A DNA stretch of 64,000 nt from an uncultured Rivularia sp. (GTDB lineage Bacteria > Cyanobacteriota > Cyanobacteriia > Cyanobacteriales > Nostocaceae): assembly GCA_963665115.1 (NCBI GenBank), contig OY762007.1, positions 5,120,001-5,184,000 of the forward strand, in the 5' to 3' direction. Shown here piece after piece: positions 10,289 to 20,703 of the stretch. The position numbers and the translations under genes are program-made. A model generated the notes under the pieces. It did not search any database and was not told the origin of the DNA. It saw only the letters and a program-made list of their open reading frames with translations. The number at the start of each line of letters is the position of its first letter. Position 1 is the first letter of the stretch.

Positions 10289-11209
10289 ATGAACAAATTA
10301 GTCAAAAATATTTTGCCCGAACAAATAAAGTCACCGATTAGGTCGTCTCGTCTGTATCAAAAAGTACATAACACGATTCATGCTAGTAAATTAGCTATTT
10401 CAGGTAAAAGACTAGATATTTGTGCCAATGAAGTTGCACTCTATATGCTATATGCTGGTAAAGAAAAATATGTATTGCGAGATAAAGTTTGTATTGAAGT
10501 TGGCAGTGGTTGGTTACTAACTCATACGTTGGTATTTTACCTTCTGGGTGCAAAAAAGATTTATACAACAGATATTGAACCATTATTGCAGAGCCAATAT
10601 ATTCTCAAAGCGATATCTCAATCTGTATCTTGGAGCATATTAGATAGCTTATCTAATTTTGAAGATCGGGATTTAATTCAATCACGTTTGGATAAATTGC
10701 TTTCGGTTAAAAGGTTTTCAGTAGAAGTATTAAGAGATTTTGGCATAGAATATATTGCTCCTGTTGATTTATCACAGAAGTTACCGATTGAAGAAAAGTT
10801 AGATTTTATATTTTCAAAATCTGTATTAGAGCATATACCAGTAGAGGATGTTACGCCCCTATTAGAAAATCTTGCCAGTGGACTTTCGGAAGATGGTTTT
10901 ATGTTTCACCTGATCCATTTAGTGGATCATAAAGATTTAGAAAATAAGCCATTTGATTTCTTAATTTATTCACAGGAAGCTTATCCAAGAGAGTTACAAA
11001 CAAGATGGGGAAATAGAATTCGCCGGAGTCAATGGCAAGAGATATTTTCTCATATTAAAAGCTTAGATTTCAAATTTGTATTTGAGTGGTCTTGCAAGGA
11101 AAAAGCATTACCAACTGAAATTAATCCCTGTATTCAATATATAGATGAAGAAGATTTAAGAATATCTCATATCGGTGTTTATCTAAAACGCAAATCACCT
11201 ATTAGATAA
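10289..11209 (+). CDS. Class I SAM-dependent methyltransferase
   Basis: IEVGSGW motif I; DFIFSKSVLEHI motif. Confidence 0.75.
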   Translation: MNKLVKNILPEQIKSPIRSSRLYQKVHNTIHASKLAISGKRLDICANEVALYMLYAGKEKYVLRDKVCIEVGSGWLLTHTLVFYLLGAKKIYTTDIEPLLQSQYILKAISQSVSWSILDSLSNFEDRDLIQSRLDKLLSVKRFSVEVLRDFGIEYIAPVDLSQKLPIEEKLDFIFSKSVLEHIPVEDVTPLLENLASGLSEDGFMFHLIHLVDHKDLENKPFDFLIYSQEAYPRELQTRWGNRIRRSQWQEIFSHIKSLDFKFVFEWSCKEKALPTEINPCIQYIDEEDLRISHIGVYLKRKSPIR

Positions 11210-11659
11210 TTTATTTAGACTCTTGATAATATCCATGAGCCAATATTTACAAATATTCAAGAGTCACTCTTATCCTTGTATATTCTGGCTCAACCAAAAT
11301 TAAGGGTTGTGAAATTTGCACAGATGAAAATGAGAAACTACTCGGTTTTTATTTTTGCTTGCCAAAAAAATAAAGAGACAAATCATCTAAATAATAAAGT
11401 CAATCGGAACCTAAAGAATAATCACATATCTAATAATCCATCATAAATTACTTATAGTATCTGTATTTTATTTTACTTTTATATCTATTTAAGCCATATA
11501 TTATCAGCTTTTCCACTTGTTTAATTAATCTTTAAAGGCAAAAACAAAAATAACTATCTATCAGAATAATTAGCAAAGGACAATTAGTTTACAATTTGCA
11601 AAAAAAGTATATTTTCAGATATTAAATTGATATAAAAACATACGTAATAGCTACAAAAA

Positions 11660-11676
11660 ATGCCCCCGTAGGGGAT
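11660..11676. promoter_or_regulatory. CsoR/RcnR(InrS)-type operator
   Basis: ATGCCCCC-GTA-GGGGAT C-tract/G-tract inverted repeat in otherwise very AT-rich DNA, 90 bp upstream of nikM. Confidence 0.6.
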
Positions 11677-11765
11677 TGTATTAGAGATGAAAATTCTGTT
11701 TGATATTAATAATCTGCGTATTTTATTTGCGTAATTTCTAGTACTAAGTAATAGTTCTCTTCAAT

Positions 11766-12692
11766 ATGCATATTCCTGATGGGTTTGTTTCCGTACCTGT
11801 AGCTGCGGCTACTACCATAGCGAGTGTGGCTGGGCTGGGTATAGCTTTAGGTCGTTCAAAAGATGCTTTTGGTGTTCGTCGCGCTCCAGTTTTAGGTTTA
11901 ACCACAGCCTTTATTTTTGCCGCACAAATGATTAATTTCCCTGTAGCGGGTGGAACTAGCGGGCACTTATTAGGAGGAGCTTTAGCAGCAATAGTATTAG
12001 GCAGTCCTTGGGCGGGTGCTTTATGCATCGCTACTGTATTAATTATTCAAGCGGTATTGTTCGCTGACGGTGGCATTACAGCCTTGGGAGCGAATATTTT
12101 TAACATGGCATTCATTGGAGTTTGGGTAGGTTATGCTCTAACTCAAACCGTGCATCGATTGCTCGGAGGTTTAAAAAGCCGTTTACCTTTAGCTGCTGGG
12201 ATTGCGGCTGCTGTGAGCGTAGTAGTTGCGGCAATTGCAGCTGCGATTGAATTAGCAATTTCCGGTACTGCAAATTTAGCGGTAGTTTTACCGGCTATGG
12301 CAGGAGTTCATATTTTGATTGGTGTCGGCGAAGGTTTAATTACCGGGGGAGTGTTGACTTATTTAATCAAAGCAAGACCAGATTTGTTACCGGGTAACGA
12401 TGAAGAGCAGATTCGCAGTTGGGTTGTTCCGGTGGTAAGTATTCTTTTGATTGCTGGATTGTTGTCGTTGTTTGCTTCAGCTTGGCCAGATGGTTTGGAA
12501 AAAGTTGCTGAGGATACAGGCTTTATTGATCTAGCCGAGCAAGTAAGAATTGCGGTACCAACTCCTTTTGCAGACTATACATTTAATCAAAATGAGGGTA
12601 TTGGTACAAGCATCGCAGGGATTATTGGAAGCATAGCTTGCTTCGGCGTTGCGTGGGGAATTGCACAAGTAGTGAAACCAAAGAATGCATAA
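11766..12692 (+). CDS. nikM: ECF Ni/Co transporter substrate component NikM/CbiM fused to a PDGLE (NikN) domain
   Basis: N-terminal MHIPDG (NikM-type), GTSGHLLG, C-terminal AWPDGLE. Confidence 0.85.
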   Translation: MHIPDGFVSVPVAAATTIASVAGLGIALGRSKDAFGVRRAPVLGLTTAFIFAAQMINFPVAGGTSGHLLGGALAAIVLGSPWAGALCIATVLIIQAVLFADGGITALGANIFNMAFIGVWVGYALTQTVHRLLGGLKSRLPLAAGIAAAVSVVVAAIAAAIELAISGTANLAVVLPAMAGVHILIGVGEGLITGGVLTYLIKARPDLLPGNDEEQIRSWVVPVVSILLIAGLLSLFASAWPDGLEKVAEDTGFIDLAEQVRIAVPTPFADYTFNQNEGIGTSIAGIIGSIACFGVAWGIAQVVKPKNA

Positions 12693-13347
12693 ACTTCCTC
12701 TAACTTTACGATTGCAGCTGTCTTTAATAATTGTAATTGGAGCAGCTTTTCTAAAATTGAATGCTTGGTATTGCCTGGGTGCTTATGGAATAATAGCGCT
12801 TTGTTGGGCTGTTTCATTGCGCGTACCAGTTCGCAAACTTACAGGTTTATTAGGTTTAGAACTGGTCTTTTTATCGTTTCTAGCTTTGCCTTTAGGTTGG
12901 GAACGAGCTAGTTTTTTGTTGGTTCGTTCTCTGGTGTGTTTGCTAACGATGAATAGTTTTTTGTTGACTTTACCACCTCATAGTTTTGGTATTGCTCTCA
13001 AAGGTTTACCTCTTCCGATGGCTTTCAAAGAAACCTTGCTATTAGCCGGACAATACTTAGAAATTTTACTTGGAGAAGTAACTCAAATGCAGCGAAGTGC
13101 AAAACTTCGCGGTTTGAATGGTACAACTGGGTGGGTTCGTTACGCTAATGCTGCGATGATTGGGGCTTTATATCTCCGCAGTTTAGATCGTGCCGAGCGA
13201 GTTTACGCTGCAATGATAGCTCGCGGTTACAACGGAATGCTACCCGTTGATTCGACGCTGAGAATGAAAGAGCGTTTTGCTTTGGTAGCGATGGGTGTTT
13301 TAGCTTTTAGTTTGACGGTTGCTTCTTACCAGTTAACCTTCAAATAA
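12685..13347 (+). CDS. nikQ: ECF transporter T component (NikQ/CbiQ)
   Basis: AKLRG and RAERVYAAMIARGY coupling motifs; overlaps the nikM stop. Confidence 0.85.
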   Translation: MHKLPLTLRLQLSLIIVIGAAFLKLNAWYCLGAYGIIALCWAVSLRVPVRKLTGLLGLELVFLSFLALPLGWERASFLLVRSLVCLLTMNSFLLTLPPHSFGIALKGLPLPMAFKETLLLAGQYLEILLGEVTQMQRSAKLRGLNGTTGWVRYANAAMIGALYLRSLDRAERVYAAMIARGYNGMLPVDSTLRMKERFALVAMGVLAFSLTVASYQLTFK

Positions 13348-13378
13348 TAGTTTAAACCTTGGCGAAATTTATTCGTTA

Positions 13379-13400
13379 TAGACGTTGCATTGCAACGTCT
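13379..13400. repeat. REP-like palindrome
   Basis: AGACGTTGCA-T-TGCAACGTCT; related GAGACGTAGCA-T-TGCTACGTCTCTAC at ~60043-60068. Confidence 0.7.
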
Positions 13401-13462
13401 TTCAATATATAAAAATCTAATGCAATATTTGTTCACTTATCTTTCAACGCTAAAAATAAACG

Positions 13463-14185
13463 ATGCAAAACACAACTGTTGCAGTTCAAAATATTGCTTA
13501 TTCTTATTCCAACCAAGAACCAGTATTGCATGATATTTCTTTTAGATTAAATGCCGGAGAAAGAGTTGCTTTAATGGGACCAACAGGTTCTGGCAAAAGC
13601 ACTTTATTAGAGAATTTAATTGGTTTAAAACAACCATCAGAAGGCAAAATTTTCATTAACGACATTCAATTAGAACCGAAAACTTTATCAGAAGTACGCC
13701 GTTATATTGGATTTGCTTTTCAAGATGCCAACGACCAATTATTTATGCCCACAATATTAGAAGATGTGGCTTTTGGTCCTCTTAACTACGGCGTACCAGT
13801 ACCAGAAGCAATGGATATAGCCCGACAATTGTTAATGGACTTTGGCTTAGAAGCATACGCCAAGCGTTCCGCACACGAACTTTCCGGTGGACAAAGAAGA
13901 CTTGCAGCAATAGCCGCGATTTTAGCTTTAAACCCTGATATATTGATTTTGGATGAGCCAACAAATGGACTAGATCCTGCATGGCGGCGTAATTTAGCCC
14001 AAGTATTGTTAAATTTACCAGTTAAAGTAATATTAGTTGCTTCTCATGACCTAAATTGGTTAAGTAAAGTTACCGAACGCGCTTTGGTACTTTCAGGAGG
14101 TCGCATACACGTAGATAGCGACATTCATACACTTTTAAAAGATAATGAAACCTTAGAAAATTTGGGTTTACCAGTAGGTTGGTGA
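13463..14185 (+). CDS. nikO: ECF transporter ATPase (NikO/CbiO)
   Basis: Walker A GPTGSGKST, LSGGQ signature, LILDEPT, SHD. Confidence 0.9.
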   Translation: MQNTTVAVQNIAYSYSNQEPVLHDISFRLNAGERVALMGPTGSGKSTLLENLIGLKQPSEGKIFINDIQLEPKTLSEVRRYIGFAFQDANDQLFMPTILEDVAFGPLNYGVPVPEAMDIARQLLMDFGLEAYAKRSAHELSGGQRRLAAIAAILALNPDILILDEPTNGLDPAWRRNLAQVLLNLPVKVILVASHDLNWLSKVTERALVLSGGRIHVDSDIHTLLKDNETLENLGLPVGW

Positions 14186-14242
14186 TAATCTTTAACAAGG
14201 CAAAAAATTATTAGCATAAAATACCATCGGAGAAAATTTTGG

Positions 14243-14560
14243 ATGCATAAATTTGAAGATATTGAAATTGACTTTAAGACTGTTGATTTTGCTTCTCTTG
14301 ATACGGATGAAGATTTTCGCTCGGAAGCGCAGCGATTGTTACCCAAAGCATTAGTTCAAGTTGGGGAAGCAATGGCAGAAAAGACTTGGGATGAATTACA
14401 GAAAGAAATGCAAAAGTCGGGAATGAAAGCTAGTGCTTCTCAGAGTGCTAAACGCAAATTTGTTCAAGAAACTAAAAGAACCTATCAGCGGAATGCTAGC
14501 AGTAGAGATAAGCGAGAACTTGAAGATTATATAGTAGAGCAGCTTCGTGAATATAAATAA
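14243..14560 (+). CDS. Hypothetical small helical protein
   Basis: 105-aa ORF, GGAG upstream, charged helical composition. Confidence 0.65.
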   Translation: MHKFEDIEIDFKTVDFASLDTDEDFRSEAQRLLPKALVQVGEAMAEKTWDELQKEMQKSGMKASASQSAKRKFVQETKRTYQRNASSRDKRELEDYIVEQLREYK

Positions 14561-14718
14561 TTAAATATTTTTAAGTTTTAATTTAGTTGATACAAGTATG
14601 GAGGCATCATGTTAGATGCCCCTATTATTATTCAATATATTTTTTATTAAAAATTATCTACATACAATTCAAATGTTTCAAGTCAGATAATCACTTCATC
14701 TGCACAATTAATTTTAAG

Positions 14719-15111
14719 ATGCAGCAATTCATCAGTCGAATTGACCACTTAGTTCTAACTGTTCGCAACATTGAAGCTACCTGCAATTTTTATCATCAAG
14801 TTTTAGGTATGCAAATAATTACCTTCGCTGACAACCGTAAAGCGTTGCAATTTGGACAACAAAAAATTAATTTGCACCAAACAGGAAAAGAATTTGAACC
14901 AAAAGCAATTTATCCTACACCAGGTTCTGCGGATATTTGTTTTATCGGCGATCGCCCACTTGTTCAAATGAAAAATCACATAATTTCTTGTGGTGTAGAT
15001 ATCGTAGCAGGCCCGATAATTAGAACGGGAGCCACCGGAATAATAGAATCCATCTATATACGCGACTTAGACGGAAATTTGATTGAAATAGCAAATTATC
15101 GGAACACTTAA
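14719..15111 (+). CDS. VOC/glyoxalase family protein
   Basis: IDHLVLTV, QKINLHQ, PGSADICF, YIRDLDGNLIEI. Confidence 0.9.
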   Translation: MQQFISRIDHLVLTVRNIEATCNFYHQVLGMQIITFADNRKALQFGQQKINLHQTGKEFEPKAIYPTPGSADICFIGDRPLVQMKNHIISCGVDIVAGPIIRTGATGIIESIYIRDLDGNLIEIANYRNT

Positions 15112-15168
15112 CAAAAATGCAGAATCATCGGATACTATGATTTCGGTACTGCTATAAGTAGACTGTAT

Positions 15169-15649
15169 ATGTTTAATTCTAATAAATTAATGGTAATTGC
15201 TTCTCTTAACCTCAGCATAGCTTTGCTAATTACAGGCTGTGATGAAAGCAAGCAAGCTCAGTGTCAGCGACTTATTAAAGTTGTTAATGAAGGAACTTCT
15301 CTAATTGAAAAAAATAAAGGCTCCCAAGTTACATTAAGTTTGGGGTTAGCCAAGGATTTTGAAGATGTTACCAAAAAAATAGAAAGACAAAATTTTAAAG
15401 ATCCAAAAATCGAAGACTTCAAAAACCAATATGTCAAGCATTTTGAAACTTTCAGCAAAAATATAGACACCGCAGCCAAAGCCCTCGGTTCATCCAAAAC
15501 AGCCGAAGTCTCGTCAGCCGGTAGAGAAACAAGTCCGAAAAGCCAAAAAAGATATTGAAACTTCTCTCAACCTAGTATCAAATGCTGCGAAAGAATCTGA
15601 TACTTTAGCAAATGATGTCAATGAGTATTGCGCTCAAGTGGAAGAATAA
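15169..15649 (+). CDS. Helical lipoprotein, hypothetical (split by +1 base at ~15527-15529)
   Basis: Lipobox ITGC plus QC; removing one A extends the frame to ...VNEYCAQVEE*. Confidence 0.65.
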
Positions 15650-15849
15650 GGAATTGGGAATTGGGCATGGGGCATTGGGCATGGAGGGAATTCGGTAAAG
15701 AATTTTAATCCAAAATCTCCTAACTCCTAATTCCCTTCAGTATTATCACTTAATAATGTATTTTTTATAACTGTTTGTTGCTAAATATTCCTGAAGCTAA
15801 CCTATTGTTTCTGTGAAAGGAAATATTGGTGTTAGTAAAGCGAGATACA

Positions 15850-18010
15850 ATGCGTGATATCAGTCTGCTGATGGCGAGCGTTTTGACAACGGGACAAACG
15901 AATGTACCTGAGTTGCCGCAAGAACTGCCAGAACCACTAGAAAATACACAGCAACAATTAAGGCAGGATCGAGACATCGAAGTCGCTCCATCGACTGAAA
16001 TCACGCCACCTGAGTTTGTAGAGTCCGAGAAGAATTTAGAACTTACCAAAGAAGAATGTGACTATAGCGGTTGCGATGTAAGCAAGCAATCTCAAACGTC
16101 TGGGAATTCATCACAAGAGCGTGAGCCTTCAGATTTTTTACAGTTCCCTCAAACAGTAATTACACTAGAAGGAAAAAAAAATAAGCATCAAAACATACTT
16201 AAAAATAGTAGAAATAAGATTCAGTTTAAAGATTCTTTTTCTCTAACTCAGGAAACTGAGGAAAAACAGGTCAAAATAAAACAAGAAGAGATTTCACCGT
16301 CTTCAGCTTTAATAAATTCGGAAGCATCTCAAAGTAGTGTTCGCATCTTGCTCCCTAATAAACCTATACTGCTGCAAAAGAAATTAGATAAGCAAGAAAA
16401 TATCCCAAAGTTAACTCAAAAGTTCGAGCCAGAATTTAATACAGATGCTGAAGAACTACAAAATCAAAATACTCTGTTTAATTCTGAACCTATAGAATCC
16501 AAAAATCCGATGTCACAAGTTACATCGGTATCGGAACTTGATGATGTAAATCCAACAGATTGGGCTTTTGACGCTTTACAGTCTCTAGCAAATCGTCATA
16601 ATTGCGCTCTTGGATACCAAGACGGTACTTTTCGAGGTAATAAGGCGATCGATCGTTATCAATTTGCGACTGGAATAGATGCTTGCTTGCAAAAAATTAA
16701 CGAGTTAATTGCTAGAAAGGGAGCGAATGTAGTTGATGAACAAGATTTAATTATTTTGCAACGCTTGCAAAACGAGTTTCGAGCAGAATTGAACCAGTTA
16801 CAAGAAAGAATTATTTCTTTAGAAGAAAGAAACTGGTGAATTACAAGCAAATCAATTTTCCCCCACAACTCGGTTTTTTGGACAAGCTACTACTAGTTTG
16901 CAAGGAACTAATACAAACGAAGTAGATTTATTCCCTAGAGATGGAGTACCCGAGCGCACAGCAGAAACAAATATGACTTTGACTAACAGTATGCAAATTA
17001 CGTTAGCAACTTCATTTACAGGAAGAGATTTACTGTTAACTGGTTTGTATGCAGGAAATTTGGGTTCTTCTGCATCGTCTTTGTTCACTAATATGGGACG
17101 TTTGAGTTTTGAGTCGGATACAGACAACGATGTATTTATCAATGATTTGTCTTATCGCTTCCCTATCTCCAATAACTTAGGAGTTGTAGTTGGTACTGCG
17201 GGTGTCAATCCTAGCAGTACATTTCGCGGAATCAACCCCTTAGAAGGTTCTGGAGAAGGGGCAATTTCTGCCTTTGCTCAACGCAATCCAATTTTAGGAG
17301 TTGGTAGCGGTACGGGTGGTATCGGTTTTGATTGGCAAATTAATAACCGCATGAGTCTGCAAGGAGTTTATAGCTCTCAATTTCCTAACTTCCCAACAGA
17401 TAAAAACGTTGGTGGATTTTTCGGTGGCAGACAAACTTTAGGAACTCAATTGACAGTAACACCAGTTAATGATGTTAACGTTGGCTTGCACTATCTTTAT
17501 TCCCGCTCTCCCGATGGTTTGTTAGCAACTGGTGTCGGTGATGCTCAGTTAACGTCTCCTTTTGCACCGACTACAGGCTTTGATACTCAAGCTGTTGGTG
17601 CTACGGTGGCTTATCGTATTAATCCCAATTTAGAAATAGGGGGTTGGGGAGGCTGGACTTTCTCTAATCCAGAAGATATTGAAGGTAGCGTCACAACTAA
17701 TAACTGGGCAGTATTTGCAGCTTTTCCCAACTTGGGACGACGCGGTAATTCAGGAGGAATTATTGTTGGACAGCCACCAAAAATTACCTCTAGTAGCTTA
17801 CCCGACGGATTCAACTTTCCTAACTTTTCCGACAACGGAACACCTGGTGGACGCGATGGTACATCTTTGCACGTTGAAATGTTTTATCGCGCTAAATTAA
17901 ATCAAAACTTAGATATAACCCCTGGCTTTTTCGTTGTCTTTAACCCCGATCACAATCAGAGTAATCATCCTTTGATAGTAGGAGCGTTAAGAGCCACGTT
18001 CCGGTTTTAA
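15850..18010 (+). CDS. SLH-domain OprB-type cyanobacterial porin with long N-terminal extension (split by +1 base at ~16830-16832)
   Basis: MSQVTSVSELDDVNPTDWAF SLH motif, coiled coil, QFSPTT after frame repair, C-terminal GALRATFRF. Confidence 0.85.
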
Positions 18011-18138
18011 TTTGATGTTGGTGTAAATGTAATCAATAGCGTTAGTTGTATTCACGTGCAACTATTTTTACGCGCTGTTTTCATACGGCGTGTTAAATAG
18101 CAGCGTTATAAGTCTGAATTTAAAAAAACAATTTTAAT

Positions 18139-19353
18139 ATGCAACAACAAAATTACGGTAAATCAGCTTGTACAGCTATTCTTAGCAGCGGTTTAGTCGC
18201 AACCATTATTGGTTTAACGACATCAACCGCTTTCGCTCAGCAAACTACAACTTCAAAAGTCACCGTTAGAACTACTGGTGCAATATCCGGAACTCTTGAA
18301 CTTCCTAGTTTTAATCCCAATTTTGGCGACCCAAGAAACCCTACTCGTGTAGATACGGATGCTACAGGTACTTATTATCGCAACGAAGGGACTAAAAATA
18401 ATCCTAATTTGGTGCCAGTTTACAAGTCACCATATGTAGTAACAGTCAACAAAGATGGCACTCTAAAATCTTACGTTGATTTTTTGGGTATTCCTGTTAC
18501 TTCCTTCGACGCGGTTATAACTTCTCCAGCACTCTCAGAAGGTGAAATGGGAACTATTAGTTATGGTCCGCTTAAAAATCCCAGAATTAAAGCGGTAGTT
18601 AAAGATGAATTTGGAGTCAAAAAATCTTCTTATACTGGCATTGTCACCGACCCCAAGACAGGAATCCAATATAAAGGTACTTTTGATGTTACCGGAGTCG
18701 GACCGCGATATAGCGATCGCAATGGTGGGGATAGTCCTACAGTTTTTGATTTCAAATCTGACATACCGGGTTCTCCAACAGTCAAATCCTTCAAACTCAA
18801 AGACAACTCTCCTTTAATAAAACTATACGTTAATGTACCAGTAGGTACAGAAATTCTGACTCCAACAACTCCTCCAACAACTCCTCCAACAACTCCCCCA
18901 ACAACTCCCCCCACAACTCCTCCAACAACTCCCCCAACAACTCCCCCCACAACTCCTCCAACAACTCCTCCAACAACTCCTCCAACAACTCCTCCAACAA
19001 CTCCCCCAACAACTCCTCCAACAACTCCCCCAACAACTCCTTCTACAACTCCCCCAACAACTCCTTCTACAAATCTTTCTCCTTCAAGTTCTCCAATAAC
19101 TTCTTCTCCTTCAACAAATCTTGCTCCTCCAAGTTCTTCTACCCCCTCTAGCCTCTCTACCACCTCTACCCTCTCTACTCCCTCTCCCGATATAACCAGC
19201 GTAGAATTCAGCAGCGGTAATTCATTCGTCTCCAATTCAGTTGTAGAAAATCCTTCAAACTTTAATAAAGCTGCTTGTTCGCAAAATGTATGTGATAGAA
19301 AAGTCTCTGTGGCCAAACAGCGAGGTCCTCGCAGTCGGATAATGATGCGTTAA
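18139..19353 (+). CDS. Secreted hypothetical protein with (PTTP)15 mucin-like stalk
   Basis: Signal peptide ending AFA-Q; beta-rich N-domain; Pro/Thr/Ser tail. Confidence 0.8.
   Translation: MQQQNYGKSACTAILSSGLVATIIGLTTSTAFAQQTTTSKVTVRTTGAISGTLELPSFNPNFGDPRNPTRVDTDATGTYYRNEGTKNNPNLVPVYKSPYVVTVNKDGTLKSYVDFLGIPVTSFDAVITSPALSEGEMGTISYGPLKNPRIKAVVKDEFGVKKSSYTGIVTDPKTGIQYKGTFDVTGVGPRYSDRNGGDSPTVFDFKSDIPGSPTVKSFKLKDNSPLIKLYVNVPVGTEILTPTTPPTTPPTTPPTTPPTTPPTTPPTTPPTTPPTTPPTTPPTTPPTTPPTTPPTTPPTTPSTTPPTTPSTNLSPSSSPITSSPSTNLAPPSSSTPSSLSTTSTLSTPSPDITSVEFSSGNSFVSNSVVENPSNFNKAACSQNVCDRKVSVAKQRGPRSRIMMR
18862..19065 (+). repeat. Coding 12-bp tandem repeat (CCAACAACTCCY)
   Basis: 15 PTTP units at 18862-19041 followed by STTP and PTTP. 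Confidence 0.95.
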
Positions 19354-19423
19354 GGGGTTGAATTAATTTCTGGAATACAATCAAAGTAAGATGAATTAAA
19401 TAACGCAGTTAACTAAAAGATAA

Positions 19424-19534
19424 CTAGTACCGCTGCGCGGAAGTAAAAAGTCAAAAGTAAGAAGTAAAAAGTATTATATGATAAGGCTTTCAAACTTTTT
19501 AAATGGGTGCTTTATTTACGCCGTACTGTACTAG
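19424..19534. mobile_element. CTAG-bounded MITE with internal AAAAGTM heptamers
   Basis: CTAGTACCGCTGCGCGGAAGT...TTTACGCCGTACTGTACTAG imperfect TIRs. Confidence 0.7.
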
Positions 19535-19554
19535 TTAAAATTTTCATAAATAAC

Positions 19555-19587
19555 TGGTAGCCAGTAATTTTTCACCACTGGCTACCA
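19555..19587. terminator. Perfect 11-bp hairpin (terminator or regulatory)
   Basis: TGGTAGCCAGT...ACTGGCTACCA. Confidence 0.5.
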
Positions 19588-19637
19588 ATTACTTGTATCA
19601 ATACACCCATAAATCCGTTTATCGCAAGGAAACAGCA

Positions 19638-20315
19638 ATGAAAGCAGAATTAATTGAATTAATAACCAGAGTTATCCAAGTTTTACAAATAAATATACGT
19701 TGGATGACATGGAATCTATTTCTAGCTTTTATACCTTTAGCTTTAAGTGTGTGGCTGTTTCGTCGTGACAAACGGAGTCGTTCTTGGGTTTGGTGGTTGG
19801 GATTTGCAGTTTTCTACGCTTTTCTACCAAATGCACCTTATTTGCTAACTGATGTAATCCATTTAATAGACGATATCCGTACAATCCAGTCGGTGTGGAT
19901 GATTACCTTGGTGATAATTCCCGTTTATCTGGTGGTGATTTTAGCTGGATTTGAAGCTTACGTTATTTCCTTAATCAATATCGGTCATTACCTGCACCGA
20001 ATTGGTAAAAGCCAATGGATTTTAGGAATGGAATTGATTACTCACGCTTTATCTGCGGTTGGTGTTTACTGGGGAAGGTTCTTACGTTTTAACAGTTGGG
20101 ATTTTGTCACTCAACCGGATGCCGTAATTACCCAAGGTATAGAAGAAATTTTGGGCAAGCAGCCATTAGTAATTTTAGCTATTAGCTTTGTTATCCTTAC
20201 AGCACTCCACTGGCTTATGAAACGAGTAACTTTGAGCTTTACTAACCAACCACACAAAGCAATGGTAAATAACTCATCAAAAGCTTATCTAAAACCCCAA
20301 ACATTGGATGAATAA
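19638..20315 (+). CDS. DUF1361 family membrane protein
   Basis: WNLFLAFIP, FLPNAPYLLTD, GRFLRFNSWD; AAGGA upstream of ATG 19638. Confidence 0.85.
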   Translation: MKAELIELITRVIQVLQINIRWMTWNLFLAFIPLALSVWLFRRDKRSRSWVWWLGFAVFYAFLPNAPYLLTDVIHLIDDIRTIQSVWMITLVIIPVYLVVILAGFEAYVISLINIGHYLHRIGKSQWILGMELITHALSAVGVYWGRFLRFNSWDFVTQPDAVITQGIEEILGKQPLVILAISFVILTALHWLMKRVTLSFTNQPHKAMVNNSSKAYLKPQTLDE

Positions 20316-20500
20316 GCTTTTTTCACACCTCCCGTAGAAAGATTGGCTCCTCAAGGAAGAGTGAAAACCACTATTGCACGGTACCGTTAAGGAAGCGCAA
20401 AATGCTCAAACAGGCATCAATGGAGCTTGTTTGATAAAGGTTCCCAAAAAGTATATCTGCATCAAGAAGAAGAAACCGGCGACGAAGATTTCTCCTCTTA

Positions 20501-20663
20501 GAGGATGTTTGTAAAGTCCAAATTGATACTTCACCTGGCGACTAGAAGTCGCGGCTAAACATACAAAACCCCCCTGCGGGGGTTAAAAACTACTTAGTCC
20601 ACGTAGGTGGACTTTGCACGTGTAGTAGCGGTTTTAACCGCCGGATACTTTTAAAACATCATC
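20501..20663. mobile_element. MITE with IS5/IS1031-like TIRs and TTA target duplication, carrying a REPIN-like core
   Basis: TIRs GAGGATGTTTGTAAAGT / ACTTTTAAAACATCATC (14/17 match); TTA on both sides (20498-20500, 20664-20666). Confidence 0.85.
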
Positions 20664-20703
20664 TTACCGCCTAAGCGCAGTTCCGACAGTAAAATGGGAG
20701 GTA

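Noticed and set aside
11210..11765. Cobalamin riboswitch before the ECF transporter
   Set aside because: Region is extremely AT-rich with no B12-box or GGGAA core; only the short C/G-tract operator is present
18630..19316. Antisense (GGVV)n and (EELL)n ORFs
   Set aside because: Shadows of the PTTP repeat
20325..20702. 6S RNA, tmRNA, RNase P or SRP identity for the cryptic element
   Set aside because: None of their hallmark sequences were recognised; kept as unknown
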